Positions 46,725 through 57,468 of a stretch of 64,000 bases of DNA are shown in pieces. The stretch covers positions 252,474-316,473 of IMG/VR virus record IMGVR_UViG_3300023199_000204; one strand, 5' to 3'. The notes beneath the pieces are model-generated. The model was given only the letters and a program-made list of their open reading frames with translations. It was not told the origin of the DNA and did no database searches. Each line of letters begins with the position of its first letter. The first letter of the stretch is position 1. The position numbers and the translations under genes were made by a program.

Positions 46725-46798
46725 GCCTCGGTGGTGTAATCGGTTTAGCATTCGAGTTTCATAAGCTTGAGGTCTGAGTTCAAATCTCAGCTGAGGTA
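46725..46798 (+). tRNA. tRNA-CAT (elongator Met or Ile2)
   Basis: GCCTCGG/CTGAGGT, CGAGT-TTCATAA-GCTTG. Confidence 0.85.
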
Positions 46799-47433
46799 TA
46801 TATATAGGAGAAGAAATGCCAAGACTTAAGGATTGGGGAATAAGACAAGGATATTTGGTAGACATTGTTTACGGAATAATAAGACTTTCTGGAATTGTTT
46901 ATGATCATCATAGGTTAGAAGATGGAAAGGACATAATTACATCTTCGTTAATGACTCTTGATTTAAAAAACAGAAAAGCTACAACAAAATCTGGAAGTGA
47001 ATATATTCTTGAAGGAGACCCAGATCCTGAGTATATACAGTTTTTAAAAGACAAAGGCTTATGGGATAAATATAAAGATGAAATTTATCCCCCAACACTA
47101 GGACTTAATTAAAAATAATGATTATAAAAAAATAGAAAGTAATATACCTTCCTATTGGAAAATAGGATATTCAAGAGCATTTAATAATTTGTATATAAAA
47201 AGCGAATATTATAATAATAGGATTGATAGGTTTGGAACTCTTTATTTAAATGAGAAAGATTTGATAAGAGAGAATGGACCTATTAATATTGGAAACTTAG
47301 CAGTTCCTTTAAGACCCTTACATAACGCTCACAAAATAGTATTTATTAGCAAAGACAATGAAGAATTTATTTTAAAAGATAGAACAAATACTCAAGAAGT
47401 ATCTTCAAGATATTTTAGATAAAGGAAAAGAAA

Positions 47434-48741
47434 ATGTCAGTAATAGCAATGGAAGTAATGGAGGCGTTTGATCATCCAAATGCTGATTCATTAAGAGTTT
47501 ATAAATTTATAGCACCAGGGCAAGCATCAAAAGAGCGTCCACTTCAAATAGTTGCGAATCTTGAAAATGTGTATGAGGTTGGCGATGTCGTTGCTGTTGC
47601 GTTGGTTGGAACTGTTTTAAAAGATGAAACCACTATCAAAAAAGTAAATCTTCGTGGAGAGTCTTCATACGGAATGGCTTTGGGAAAAGTCGATGCCAAG
47701 GTCGGCGAAAATCTTTCTGATAAATATGAGGCAGAAGAGATAAAACCTTCAATGGCAGGATTTATTAAATGGCCGAGCATTTCAGGTTTTCATAATATTA
47801 GAAAATCATTAGAGAAAATAAAAGAATATGAGGGAGGTGCTTTTACTTATCCAAAACTTGATTACAAATGTAAAGTGAAATTACACGGAACGAATTCGGG
47901 TGTTCATTTACATTCTGATGGAACATTTGCTGTTCAAAGTCGTTCAAGAATATTAACTCCTGAGCACGATAATTTGGGGTTTTATAGATGGACGCAGGAT
48001 AGGAAAAATCATTTTGAAAAGTGGGCAAAATCTGCCGGTAGAAATTTAACCGTATTCGGAGAATTTTGTGGAGAGGGAATTCAAAAAGGCGTTGCTGTAT
48101 CCAAGATAGAGAGGAAGATATTTGTTGTTTTCGCAGTCCAAGTTGATGAAAATACACTAATAACCGATCCAGAAGAAATCAATGGTTATGTTTTGGAACA
48201 CGAAGATATAAAAGTTTTACCTTGGTATGATGCTAATTTCTTCATTGATTATTCAAATACTGATTTGTTAAGGGCTGTTATTAAGGATATAAATGCTGAG
48301 GTAGATAAAGTAGAAAAAGAAGACCCTTGGGTAAAAGAAGTTTTTGGAGTGAGTGGTATAGGCGAAGGGTTAGTTTTTTATCCTTATAAAGAATATGATA
48401 GGGATAGAATATCTTTATTAATGTTTAAAGCGAAAGGAGAGAAGCATCAGGTTGCTGTTCAAAATAAGCCAGTCCAACTAGATCCAGAAGTATTAAATTC
48501 AATTAATGAGTTCTCTGATAAATTCATTACAGAGGCAAGACTTGAACAAGGAGTTGCTGAAGGTTGTGATGGCAAGTTGGAAATGAAAATGATGGGTAAG
48601 TTTATTAAATGGATTATGTCTGATGTTAATAAAGAATCAAAAGACGAATTGGAAGCTTCGGGACTTAAATGGAAACAAGTAGGAAAAGAAGTTTCAAGTC
48701 GAGCCAGAAATTGGTATAAACAAAAGGTGGAAGAAATATAA
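47434..48741 (+). CDS. Rnl2-family ATP-dependent RNA ligase with N-terminal tRNA-binding OB-fold-like domain
   Basis: Motif I KLHGTN, QSR, FGEFCG, EGLVF, FKAK; N-terminal HPNADSL..IVAN..GDVVAVA..LRGESSYGM as in Trbp111/PheT-type domains. Confidence 0.85.
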   Translation: MSVIAMEVMEAFDHPNADSLRVYKFIAPGQASKERPLQIVANLENVYEVGDVVAVALVGTVLKDETTIKKVNLRGESSYGMALGKVDAKVGENLSDKYEAEEIKPSMAGFIKWPSISGFHNIRKSLEKIKEYEGGAFTYPKLDYKCKVKLHGTNSGVHLHSDGTFAVQSRSRILTPEHDNLGFYRWTQDRKNHFEKWAKSAGRNLTVFGEFCGEGIQKGVAVSKIERKIFVVFAVQVDENTLITDPEEINGYVLEHEDIKVLPWYDANFFIDYSNTDLLRAVIKDINAEVDKVEKEDPWVKEVFGVSGIGEGLVFYPYKEYDRDRISLLMFKAKGEKHQVAVQNKPVQLDPEVLNSINEFSDKFITEARLEQGVAEGCDGKLEMKMMGKFIKWIMSDVNKESKDELEASGLKWKQVGKEVSSRARNWYKQKVEEI

Positions 48742-49070
48742 TGGGCACTTTATAAATGATAATTAATTCCATTAACTCATTAAAAATATTACCAAAAAGT
48801 ATATTTGCAATTGTTGACGAGATAGGAAAATTAAGTGAAATTGGACTTTATCAAAGCCAAGCATATTTTGAAAGATTAATATATGAGAAGCTTGACGGCT
48901 TAAGCTATTATTATAATTTTACATTTAATCCTCATTTTAATATTTTTGATAGAATAATTATTTGTGTTGATGAATATAAAAACAAGTGGAAAATTGATTT
49001 TAGGAATTTATTTAATGTTAAAGCCAGAATGTGTTGATTGAAAAAATAAAGGGAAATAATATTTTCCTAT

Positions 49071-49143
49071 GCCAGCGTAGCTCAATGGTAGTAGCAACGG
49101 TTTTGTAAACCGTAGGTTGTAGGTTCAAGTCCTATCGCTGGCT
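49071..49143 (+). tRNA. tRNA-Thr(TGT)
   Basis: GCCAGCG/CGCTGGC, ACGGT-TTTGTAA-ACCGT. Confidence 0.92.
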
Positions 49144-49446
49144 TTTATGAAAGGAGGTTCCTATATGGTAAGTATGAAAATAGAATATCCTATTAATAAG
49201 CCAAGTGAATTTGGAATAACAGGAAATGTAAAAAAAAGGAGTGGGCGACAGTTATAGGAGAATATTTGAGAACTCAGATAGGAAAAGGAAAAGATATTTC
49301 AAAACCAAATACAGATAGTGATTTGTATGTAATTGATATTAACTTAGATCTAAGCTATGATACTTTTTATTGTAAAAGCAATTGTGGAAATTTAGGTCTT
49401 GAAACAGGTATTTTGTTAGATGTTATTCAAAGAATTGAGAAATAAT

Positions 49447-49491
49447 AAGGAGCGAATGGCTTGGATAAAAGCCACGCTCCTTTTGTTTTTT
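49447..49491 (+). terminator. Intrinsic terminator after the last tRNA of the second array
   Basis: AAGGAGCG-AA-TGGCTT/AAGCCA-CGCTCCTT followed by TTGTTTTTT. Confidence 0.75.
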
Positions 49492-49559
49492 ATAACTATC
49501 ATAATTGCTGTCGTTACGGCAATAATAGTTCATATAATTATTAACTGAAAGGAAATAAA

Positions 49560-50069
49560 ATGAAAAAAGTATTATGTTTAATTGTTGTAACCGTTTTCTT
49601 ATCAGCCTGTGGTTTACCTTCTGGAACAGTCCATGTCCTCAGTGGAGATGACGAATATATTACAGATCACGGAATGTATGTTTTAGTTGAAAATGTTAAT
49701 AGACCAAGTAAAAGTACAGTCGAAAATTGGACAAATGAAGCTTTTATGTTTTGGTGGAAGTTATATCCTAAGCTTGGAAGATGTATGATAAATAGAATAT
49801 ATATCGTTAATGCTCATTTTTGGGATCAAAATTATATTCCATATGAAGGAACAGCTGTCGGAAATGGAAAGGTTGCTGGGCTATCATATGGAAATAATAT
49901 AGATATATCATATAGTTATACTCTTGAAGATCCTTATTTAAAGGTAAGAGGTGTTTTTATACACGAATTATCTCATCAGTTGCTAACTTGTTATAAAAAC
50001 AGACTTCCTCCTGAAGACGACCATTCTTTAATGAAGCGAACAGGAATGGATGAATTCACTGAATGGTAG
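49560..50069 (+). CDS. Lipoprotein with HExxH motif
   Basis: Lipobox LSAC after a hydrophobic signal; FIHELSH. Confidence 0.55.
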   Translation: MKKVLCLIVVTVFLSACGLPSGTVHVLSGDDEYITDHGMYVLVENVNRPSKSTVENWTNEAFMFWWKLYPKLGRCMINRIYIVNAHFWDQNYIPYEGTAVGNGKVAGLSYGNNIDISYSYTLEDPYLKVRGVFIHELSHQLLTCYKNRLPPEDDHSLMKRTGMDEFTEW

Positions 50070-50153
50070 TAATTCATTTTCACCGATGTTATTAAAATAC
50101 TAATATTATTTCATATATATATCTATGATAATTAGAAGCTCTGGAGATTAAAT

Positions 50154-50822
50154 ATGTCTAATAAATTAGTATCAATTCTCATCATATCAAGAGGTAGATT
50201 TAATAGCTTACTAAAAGCCTTAGACTCTATTATAAAGAAATCTAAAGATATAAGTAGAGTAGAAGTAATATTAAGATTTGATGAAGATGATAAAGAATCA
50301 CTAGATAGGATAGACGAGCTACCTAAAGATAAGGTTGATATTAATGTAATAGTGGGAAAAAGATACTTTTACGAGTTTCTTCATAAATATGTAAATGAAG
50401 CCTGTGAGGAAACAAAAGGTGAATTTATACTTTGGTTTAATGATGATTGCGTTATAGAAACTCAGAATTGGGATGATATAGTAGCAGAGTATAGAGGAAG
50501 AATAGTTTGTTTATATCCAAATAATAAAGGAACTGGCTCTGGTAATATATTTCCATTAATAAGTAGGAAAGTATATGAAATTCTTGGACATTTCGCAAAG
50601 TCACAACAAGTAGATTCTTGGCAGTTTATTGTTGGGAGTAGAGCAGGGATTGAAGTTAAAAGGGATGATTTAATATTTATTCATAATCGCAAACAGGCTT
50701 ATGTTTCAGATGAAGATAGAAATGCTGTTTTAAAAAGAACGCGAACTGTTTGGAAAAAATCAGACAAATTAATTACTGAGGATGCCGATAAAATAAAAGA
50801 ATATGTTAAAAATAACAAATAA
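50154..50822 (+). CDS. Glycosyltransferase, GT-A/GT2-like
   Basis: VSILIISRGR, KGEFILWFNDD. Confidence 0.75.
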   Translation: MSNKLVSILIISRGRFNSLLKALDSIIKKSKDISRVEVILRFDEDDKESLDRIDELPKDKVDINVIVGKRYFYEFLHKYVNEACEETKGEFILWFNDDCVIETQNWDDIVAEYRGRIVCLYPNNKGTGSGNIFPLISRKVYEILGHFAKSQQVDSWQFIVGSRAGIEVKRDDLIFIHNRKQAYVSDEDRNAVLKRTRTVWKKSDKLITEDADKIKEYVKNNK

Positions 50823-51678
50823 TTTTACATACTTAGTATTAGGTTCGGAAGGTCAGATAGGAAATCCTCTTGTTAATTGGATAAAGAGGCAAGGGGATAC
50901 TGTTATAGAACACGACATTAAGCGAACAGATTTGGAAGATATAAGGTTGCTTCCTCCTAATAGTGAGAGAAAAGAGCATCTTTTAAGGAATAATATTAAA
51001 AATTGTGATTTTATATTTTTTTTAGCTTGGGATGTTGGAGGAAGTAAATATTTATCAAATGCTGAAAAGTCTTATGATTTAGTTAATAATAATATACTGA
51101 TTATGAAATCAGTATTTTCCCTCCTTAAAGAATATAATAAACCTTTTATATTTACTTCAAGTCAAATGTCAAATATGATACATTCCACTTATGGCAACAC
51201 AAAGCTAATAGGCGAAAAATATACTAGAGCACTAAATGGTCTTTCTGTTAAGTTGTGGAATGTATATGGTTATGAGAAGGTAGATAAAAAATCTCACGTT
51301 ATAACTGACTTTATTAATATGGCGTTGGAAGACAATCACATTAATATGAGAACTGATGGTTCAGAAGAAAGGCAATTTCTATATGTAGAAGATTGTTGTA
51401 ATGCCCTTTACACTTTAAGTAAATCATATAATAAAATATCTAGAGAACAAGATTATCATATCTCAAGTGGCGAGTGGCTTTCTATAGAAAAAATAGCATC
51501 AATAATAAGTAATTTAACTAACTCAAAATATACAAAAGGTTCGTATGTAGATAATGTTCAGATGAATATGAAACTAGAACCAAATGACTCTATGAAGAAT
51601 ATTTGGAATCCTAAATATAATATAAAAGAGGGGATTGAAATTCTTATAAAAAAAATTAAATTGGAGCTTAATAAATGA
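50803..51678 (+). CDS. NAD-dependent epimerase/dehydratase
   Basis: GSEGQIG, FTSS, YGNTK, NVYG, RQFLYVED. Confidence 0.85.
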   Translation: MLKITNNFTYLVLGSEGQIGNPLVNWIKRQGDTVIEHDIKRTDLEDIRLLPPNSERKEHLLRNNIKNCDFIFFLAWDVGGSKYLSNAEKSYDLVNNNILIMKSVFSLLKEYNKPFIFTSSQMSNMIHSTYGNTKLIGEKYTRALNGLSVKLWNVYGYEKVDKKSHVITDFINMALEDNHINMRTDGSEERQFLYVEDCCNALYTLSKSYNKISREQDYHISSGEWLSIEKIASIISNLTNSKYTKGSYVDNVQMNMKLEPNDSMKNIWNPKYNIKEGIEILIKKIKLELNK

Positions 51679-51971
51679 AAATTTACGTTGATATAGATGA
51701 AACAATTTGTGATACACCGGGCGATAGGGATTACACCAAGTCAATTCCTATTGAAAAAAGAATAGAAAAAATAAACAAATTGTATGATTCGGGACACACG
51801 ATAATCTACTGGACAGCTCGTGGAACAAAGTCTGGAATTAACTGGCGAGAAATAACAGAAAAACAATTAAATGATTGGGGAGCTAGGCATCATAAACTTA
51901 AAATGTGGAAACCAGATTATGATGTTTTTATATGTGATAAGGCAATAAATTCAAATGACTTCTTTAAATAA
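51675..51971 (+). CDS. Small HAD-family phosphatase
   Basis: DIDETI, WTARG, KP.YDVFICDK. Confidence 0.78.
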   Translation: MKIYVDIDETICDTPGDRDYTKSIPIEKRIEKINKLYDSGHTIIYWTARGTKSGINWREITEKQLNDWGARHHKLKMWKPDYDVFICDKAINSNDFFK

Positions 51972-52455
51972 AATTATTACAATATTAATTATAACTTTAT
52001 TTGTTTTGATTCTTTTCAAATCAAGTTCTGCTCATAAGGTTGATATTCCTCATTATAGATATAAGCATAAAACGGAAGCGATCATTGTAAATCCTTCCAT
52101 TTTTAATGCTAAGTTGAAAGTAAAATGTGATTGGAATGGTAAGAGGTGGCTAAGAGTAAAAGTTTTTCCTCTGAAAAGAAAAAGTAGTGTTTCAATATCA
52201 GTTCCAAATGGTTCTAGATGTGTGGTTATTCCCTCTTTATGGTAAAGGAAGAATTTATGAACAAAATTTATTTATCAATGAAATCTGAAGTTCCGAATAT
52301 TTCGGACAAAGAAGCGATGTTTTGGGCAAAGTTTATTAGGCTAGTTCCCACTCTTGATAAGGCAGACTCAGAATTTCTTTATGCGACAATGGCTTTATTA
52401 GTTGAAGAATTTTCTGAAAAATATAATAAGCCAATAAACCATTAAATAAATTAAG

Positions 52456-52890
52456 ATGTGTGTGACAATATATACAGACGCTGGTTGTAAAAATAAAAAA
52501 TCAACTTGGGCAATTTGGTCTCGTTGTGAAGAAGGAAGAATAGTAGAAAGTGGCTCGTGCCTAAAATATATTATGTCTGCTAATGCTGCTGAAATATATG
52601 CTATTTATAAAGGAATTCAATTAGTAACGAGAAAGTGGAATGATTTAGAAGGAATAGATATTCGGACTAATTCGAAGCACGCAATAAGCAGACTTAAATT
52701 TGGCATAAGTTATACTGGAAATTTCACTGTTTTTGAAAAGCGAGCAAGAGAGAATTTATATAAGTTTCTTGATAAAAAGAATATTAAATTAAAGATGAGA
52801 TGGGTCAAAGGACATCAAGGTAATAATTCAACACCTGCTTGGTTGAATAATAAATGTGATGAATTGACTAAAAAAGCAAGAGGTGAGTAA
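52456..52890 (+). CDS. RNase HI-like protein
   Basis: IYTDAG, NAAEIYA, WVKGH, NNKCD; the usual TDS reads TNS. Confidence 0.8.
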   Translation: MCVTIYTDAGCKNKKSTWAIWSRCEEGRIVESGSCLKYIMSANAAEIYAIYKGIQLVTRKWNDLEGIDIRTNSKHAISRLKFGISYTGNFTVFEKRARENLYKFLDKKNIKLKMRWVKGHQGNNSTPAWLNNKCDELTKKARGE

Positions 52891-53577
52891 ATGCTATCAA
52901 TATGTATAGCGTCAAAAAATCGCTCTAGGTTAAAAACAAGAGATGGACTTAAACTAGAGCCTTTAATTAATTGTATTAAATCAATTAAGAAATCACTAAA
53001 GTTTTTTTATGAAGATGTAGAGATAATAATAGCCGATTATAGCACTGATGATAAACCTCAAGAGTGGATAAGTGAAATCTTGGAAGACACGCCACATAAA
53101 GTAATTAGTGTTTCTGGCGAGTTCTCAAGAGGGGAGGCAAGAAACATTGCTTTTAGGCATTCTTCTGGAGAGTTTATATTTTTCTTAGATGCCGATATGA
53201 TAATATATTCTTGTTTTATTTTAAGAAAATGTGTTGAAATATCTAAACAAGATATTTCAAATTTAGGAACAGCATATTTTCCAATATGTTATTCTTATTA
53301 TAATCACCAGAAAAAAGATGGTTGGTGGCGAACGACTGGCTTTGGCAATGTAGCAATGTCAAGAAAGTTAATGAATAAGGTTGGAGAGTGGCAAGAGAAA
53401 AAAACTTGGGGCGGAGAAGACGATGAAATGTATATGAGGGTTTCAAGAGTTGCTCCAGTTGTTAGAGAAAAAGTTAGTCAGTTTTATCACCAGTGGCATC
53501 CATATGAAAGTGAGGATATTAAAACTTCCTGGTATGATTATTTATTAAATAAGGTTAAACGTGGATTTAAATTATAA
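52891..53577 (+). CDS. Glycosyltransferase (GT2/GT7-like)
   Basis: FSRGEARN, FFLDADM, WGGEDD, HQWH. Confidence 0.8.
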   Translation: MLSICIASKNRSRLKTRDGLKLEPLINCIKSIKKSLKFFYEDVEIIIADYSTDDKPQEWISEILEDTPHKVISVSGEFSRGEARNIAFRHSSGEFIFFLDADMIIYSCFILRKCVEISKQDISNLGTAYFPICYSYYNHQKKDGWWRTTGFGNVAMSRKLMNKVGEWQEKKTWGGEDDEMYMRVSRVAPVVREKVSQFYHQWHPYESEDIKTSWYDYLLNKVKRGFKL

Positions 53578-54241
53578 TATACAACTTAGAAATTCTAATG
53601 TAAATCAATCTATAGAAAACAAATTAGAAGATTTGCGTTATTTTTTAGATAAAAATCTAATGAAGATGTCGTTAATTAGTAGGCTTCCAATTAATGGATT
53701 AGTGTTTGAAGAAATATTACATAATTCTTTCCTAAAAATAGGATTAGAAAGTAATTGGGTTCCAAACTCTCACAAACCTGGTGCCGATATAACAGTGAAA
53801 AATTTCATTAATGATATGGACCCTATATCTGTTAAAGGTGGGCTTCTTAAAAATAATTATATTCAAATATCTTCTCATAGATTAACGAAACATTCAACTC
53901 TTTTAGATAAATTAAATTTTATAAATAACTGTTCAAATACATATAACTATTATGTGTTTAATGTTAGAGACTATAATAAAGAAAAAGAAGAAATAAGGAA
54001 ATATAGAACATTTTTAGTTCCTTCTAATTTTATAGATTTAAGCAATTTTGTTTGGTTTGAGACAGATAAATGTTGGAAAACTAGAGAAAGGGTAGAAGAT
54101 AGAACTTATTTGAGAATTAATAAAAATATGTCTCACCAATATTGGATGTATATTGATTATGAAGCATTTCTAAATAACAGCAATATTGAACAAATAGGTG
54201 GTATTACGCTACCAATATCTATGTTGGGAATTGAAGGATGA
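53561..54241 (+). CDS. Hypothetical protein, candidate PD-(D/E)xK restriction endonuclease
   Basis: FEE..SHKPGADI..ISVK pattern; overlaps the start of a methyltransferase. Confidence 0.4.
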   Translation: MDLNYNIQLRNSNVNQSIENKLEDLRYFLDKNLMKMSLISRLPINGLVFEEILHNSFLKIGLESNWVPNSHKPGADITVKNFINDMDPISVKGGLLKNNYIQISSHRLTKHSTLLDKLNFINNCSNTYNYYVFNVRDYNKEKEEIRKYRTFLVPSNFIDLSNFVWFETDKCWKTRERVEDRTYLRINKNMSHQYWMYIDYEAFLNNSNIEQIGGITLPISMLGIEG

Positions 54242-55089
54242 ACCGAACCTATTTGGTTGATGTTCTTGAGGGTCTTGGCAAGATTGAAAATGATTCGATA
54301 GATATAATACTAGCAGATCCACCTTATAATATTGGAAAGAATTTTGGAACTAATAAAACAAATATTCCAATTAAAGATTATATGGTTTGGTGTAATAGTT
54401 GGATTAATGAATGTTATAGAGTATTAAAACCAACAGGATCTATGTTTATATACGGATTTAGTGAAACACTAGCACATATTTCTTCTTCTATAAATTATGA
54501 ACATAGGTGGCTAGTTTGGTACTATACTAACAAAACCTCTCCAAGGTTAAAGTTTTGGCAACGAAGCCACGAATCAATTTTGTGTGTTTGGAAAGATTCT
54601 AAAAGTAGAATATTCAATGTTGATGATGTTAGAATTCCTTATACTAATAACTTTATAAAAAATGCTGCTGGAAAGATAAGACAAGCCTCAGTGGGTAGGT
54701 TCTCAAAAGGAAGTAAGAAAACAATATACAAGGCTCATAGCAAGGGAGCTTTGCCAAGAGATGTGATTAAAATATCGGCGTTAGCTGGCGGAGCCGGTAG
54801 AGCTGAGAGATGGAAGTATTGTAAGTCTCATAATGAGGTGTTTTTTAATAGAGAACACTCTAATTGTGATGTAATAAAACATCCTACGCAAAAACCATTA
54901 GCTTTATCTTTAAGATTATTAAAGTCCTGTAAGCCTGATTTTGGAGGAGTAGTTTTAATTCCATTTTCTGGCTCTGGAGCAGAGGCATTAGCAGCCAAAA
55001 AACTAAATATGAATTTTATAGGATTTGATATAAATTCTGATTATGTTAAAATGGCAAATAAAATTCTAGAAAAGGATTTAAATGAATAA
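54238..55089 (+). CDS. N4/N6 DNA methyltransferase, beta class
   Basis: DPPY precedes HPTQKP and PFSGSG. Confidence 0.9.
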   Translation: MNRTYLVDVLEGLGKIENDSIDIILADPPYNIGKNFGTNKTNIPIKDYMVWCNSWINECYRVLKPTGSMFIYGFSETLAHISSSINYEHRWLVWYYTNKTSPRLKFWQRSHESILCVWKDSKSRIFNVDDVRIPYTNNFIKNAAGKIRQASVGRFSKGSKKTIYKAHSKGALPRDVIKISALAGGAGRAERWKYCKSHNEVFFNREHSNCDVIKHPTQKPLALSLRLLKSCKPDFGGVVLIPFSGSGAEALAAKKLNMNFIGFDINSDYVKMANKILEKDLNE

Positions 55090-55665
55090 AATTCTAGGGT
55101 TGGGAAAAATATTATTAATAACTATCCTAATATTTTTAGGTATGTTTTCTTTTGGGGCAAGTATAATCATACCAGAGCTAAGTATCTTTAAAAGAATGTT
55201 GTTTGGCTCAGTATCATTAATATGTTTAATATTGACAACTTTATATTTTCTTCTTTTAGAAAACTCAAAATTTATGATAGATAATCAAAAGAACCTAAAT
55301 ACTAGAATTTTAATGGACTTAAACTCTGTCTCTAAAAATTATAATAAGCTTTTAAAAAGAAAAATGGGATTTGGGCAGGGAGATTTATTTTCAAAAGATA
55401 TAGAAATAATGTCTATGTTAAGAGAAGGAATAGTAGAAGAGCCTTCTTTAAAAGTTATAGAAGAATTTTTAAAAGAAATAAAACATTCCGATACATTATT
55501 TTTAATTCGTATCGATCATTATAATGGGCTATGGTGGTTAAGGGTGTGTGGTCAGTCAATTACTCTAAATCAAGCACTTGCTGTTATGGAACTTATAAGT
55601 AATAGAATAATTTTAATGTCAGATATAGATGGCTCTCTTATAGAAAAAAAGGAGATTATATTAAA

Positions 55666-56460
55666 TTGAATCATGTAGTTTTAGCAAGGATAGATGAACA
55701 ATCTGAAGAAGAATTTTTAATAGCTTCTAAGATAATACCTATTTACGCAAATAGAAATAATATTCCCAATGGAAGTGTAGTTATGGGAAGATACAGTGTT
55801 TTACCGTTTTATAATGGTCAATATGAATCTATGCTAAAAAACGGTAGTATTTTAATAAATACTCCAAAACAACACGAAATTGTTTCTAATATGGAGCTTT
55901 GGCTTAAGTTTCCTGAGTTGAGAAGTGTTTCTCCAAAGACTTGGTTTGATAAAAGTGAGGTTCCTAATGATGGTCCATTTGTAGTAAAGGGTAATACTAA
56001 TTCTAGAAAGCACGAATGGAACACTAAAATGTTTGCGAAGAGCAGAGATGACTTAGATAGAATATTAAGCAACTTACAAAAAGATACTTTAATATATAAT
56101 CAAGGCATTTTATTTAGAGAATATGTAAAGTTAGAAAAAATAGCAGAAGCTCCTAATGAGTTGCCCATTTCAAACGAATGGCGGTTTTTTTATTGGGAAG
56201 ATAAAAGGGTTGCGACGGGATTTTATTGGAGCAAATATGCTAATGGCGAGTTTTCTGGGCAAATGGATTATAATGGAATAAAATTTGCTGATAAAATTGC
56301 TTCAGTTGTTGCCAACTTTTGTAAGTTCTTTGTAGTAGATATAGCCAAAACAGAAGAAGGTGATTGGATTTTAATTGAGATAGGAGATGCCCAAATGGCG
56401 GGCTTATCAGCCATAGATAAAGAGTTATTTTATACTTCTTTGTCAAATTTTTTTATTTGA
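55666..56460 (+). CDS. ATP-grasp protein (DUF4343/R2K-like)
   Basis: FVVKG..SRK, EWRFF, FFVVDIA..WILIEIGDAQMAGL. Confidence 0.7.
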   Translation: MNHVVLARIDEQSEEEFLIASKIIPIYANRNNIPNGSVVMGRYSVLPFYNGQYESMLKNGSILINTPKQHEIVSNMELWLKFPELRSVSPKTWFDKSEVPNDGPFVVKGNTNSRKHEWNTKMFAKSRDDLDRILSNLQKDTLIYNQGILFREYVKLEKIAEAPNELPISNEWRFFYWEDKRVATGFYWSKYANGEFSGQMDYNGIKFADKIASVVANFCKFFVVDIAKTEEGDWILIEIGDAQMAGLSAIDKELFYTSLSNFFI

Positions 56461-56467
56461 GGAAAAT

Positions 56468-57004
56468 ATGATTGGAGTTCCTATTGGATTACTGGTAGCA
56501 AATACCACAGAATGGATGTTTCATAAATTTGTATTACACGAACTAGGTAAGGCTAAGAATAGTTTTTGGAGGTTTCATTGGAAACCACATCACAATTCTT
56601 CTCGAAGAAACAATTTTATAGATGCTGATTATGAAAAGTCAGCATTTGAATCAATTGTTGAATGGAATGCTCAAGGAAAAGAGCTGGCGGCACTATTTGT
56701 GGCAGCGGTAATCCATATGCCTTTATTACCTTTAACTCCTTTTTATACCTTGACTATTTGGTATTGTGTGTTAAATTATTATAGAAAGCACAAAAAATCT
56801 CATTTATTCCCTAAATGGGCTAAGAAGGAGCTATACTGGCATTGGCTTCACCATATGGGAAAAGACCAAAACAAAAACTGGGGAGTAACGCATCCGTTTT
56901 TTGATTTCGTAATGGGAACATCAACAATGAATCCTCCAGACAGAGTAAGTAAATTAGCATTAAATATAAATAAATTATATAATAAGGTTAGGAAAATACT
57001 ATGA
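56468..57004 (+). CDS. Fatty acid hydroxylase / sterol desaturase superfamily protein
   Basis: His boxes EWMFHKFVLH, HWKPHH, HKKSH, HWLHH and NWGVT..FD. Confidence 0.8.
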   Translation: MIGVPIGLLVANTTEWMFHKFVLHELGKAKNSFWRFHWKPHHNSSRRNNFIDADYEKSAFESIVEWNAQGKELAALFVAAVIHMPLLPLTPFYTLTIWYCVLNYYRKHKKSHLFPKWAKKELYWHWLHHMGKDQNKNWGVTHPFFDFVMGTSTMNPPDRVSKLALNINKLYNKVRKIL

Positions 57005-57468
57005 ATATAATTATCACCAATTTAAGCAAAGCGGGCAAACTGCTTTTAAATGATTGTATAGATCAGAATATCACTCATATAGTGTCTTTAGGAGGACCTA
57101 ATGATTCTCCTCCTCTCGCTTATAATGCTCATCCCGCCAAGAAGATAAGGCTTGAGTTCGATGACGTTGTTTTTGATGGTAATGATTATATTGCTCCAAA
57201 AGAAGAGCACGTAAGGAAGTTAATTGATAAAAAGAAAATGCTTATTCATTGCTATGCTGGAATAAGCAGATCAACTGCGGCAGCATTAATCTTTATGTCG
57301 TTGTTTCACGATTTACAAACTTGTAAAGATAAATTGCTTGAATTAACTCCTTGGGCTCAACCAAATAAAACAATGATAGGATTTGCTGATAAGATATTAG
57401 AACATAATGGCAAGTTTTTGGAACTTAGGGAAGAAATTTATGATTTAACTAAGGACTACGAATGGTAA
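57001..57468 (+). CDS. Protein tyrosine / dual-specificity phosphatase
   Basis: HCYAGISRS active-site loop. Confidence 0.85.
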   Translation: MNIIITNLSKAGKLLLNDCIDQNITHIVSLGGPNDSPPLAYNAHPAKKIRLEFDDVVFDGNDYIAPKEEHVRKLIDKKKMLIHCYAGISRSTAAALIFMSLFHDLQTCKDKLLELTPWAQPNKTMIGFADKILEHNGKFLELREEIYDLTKDYEW

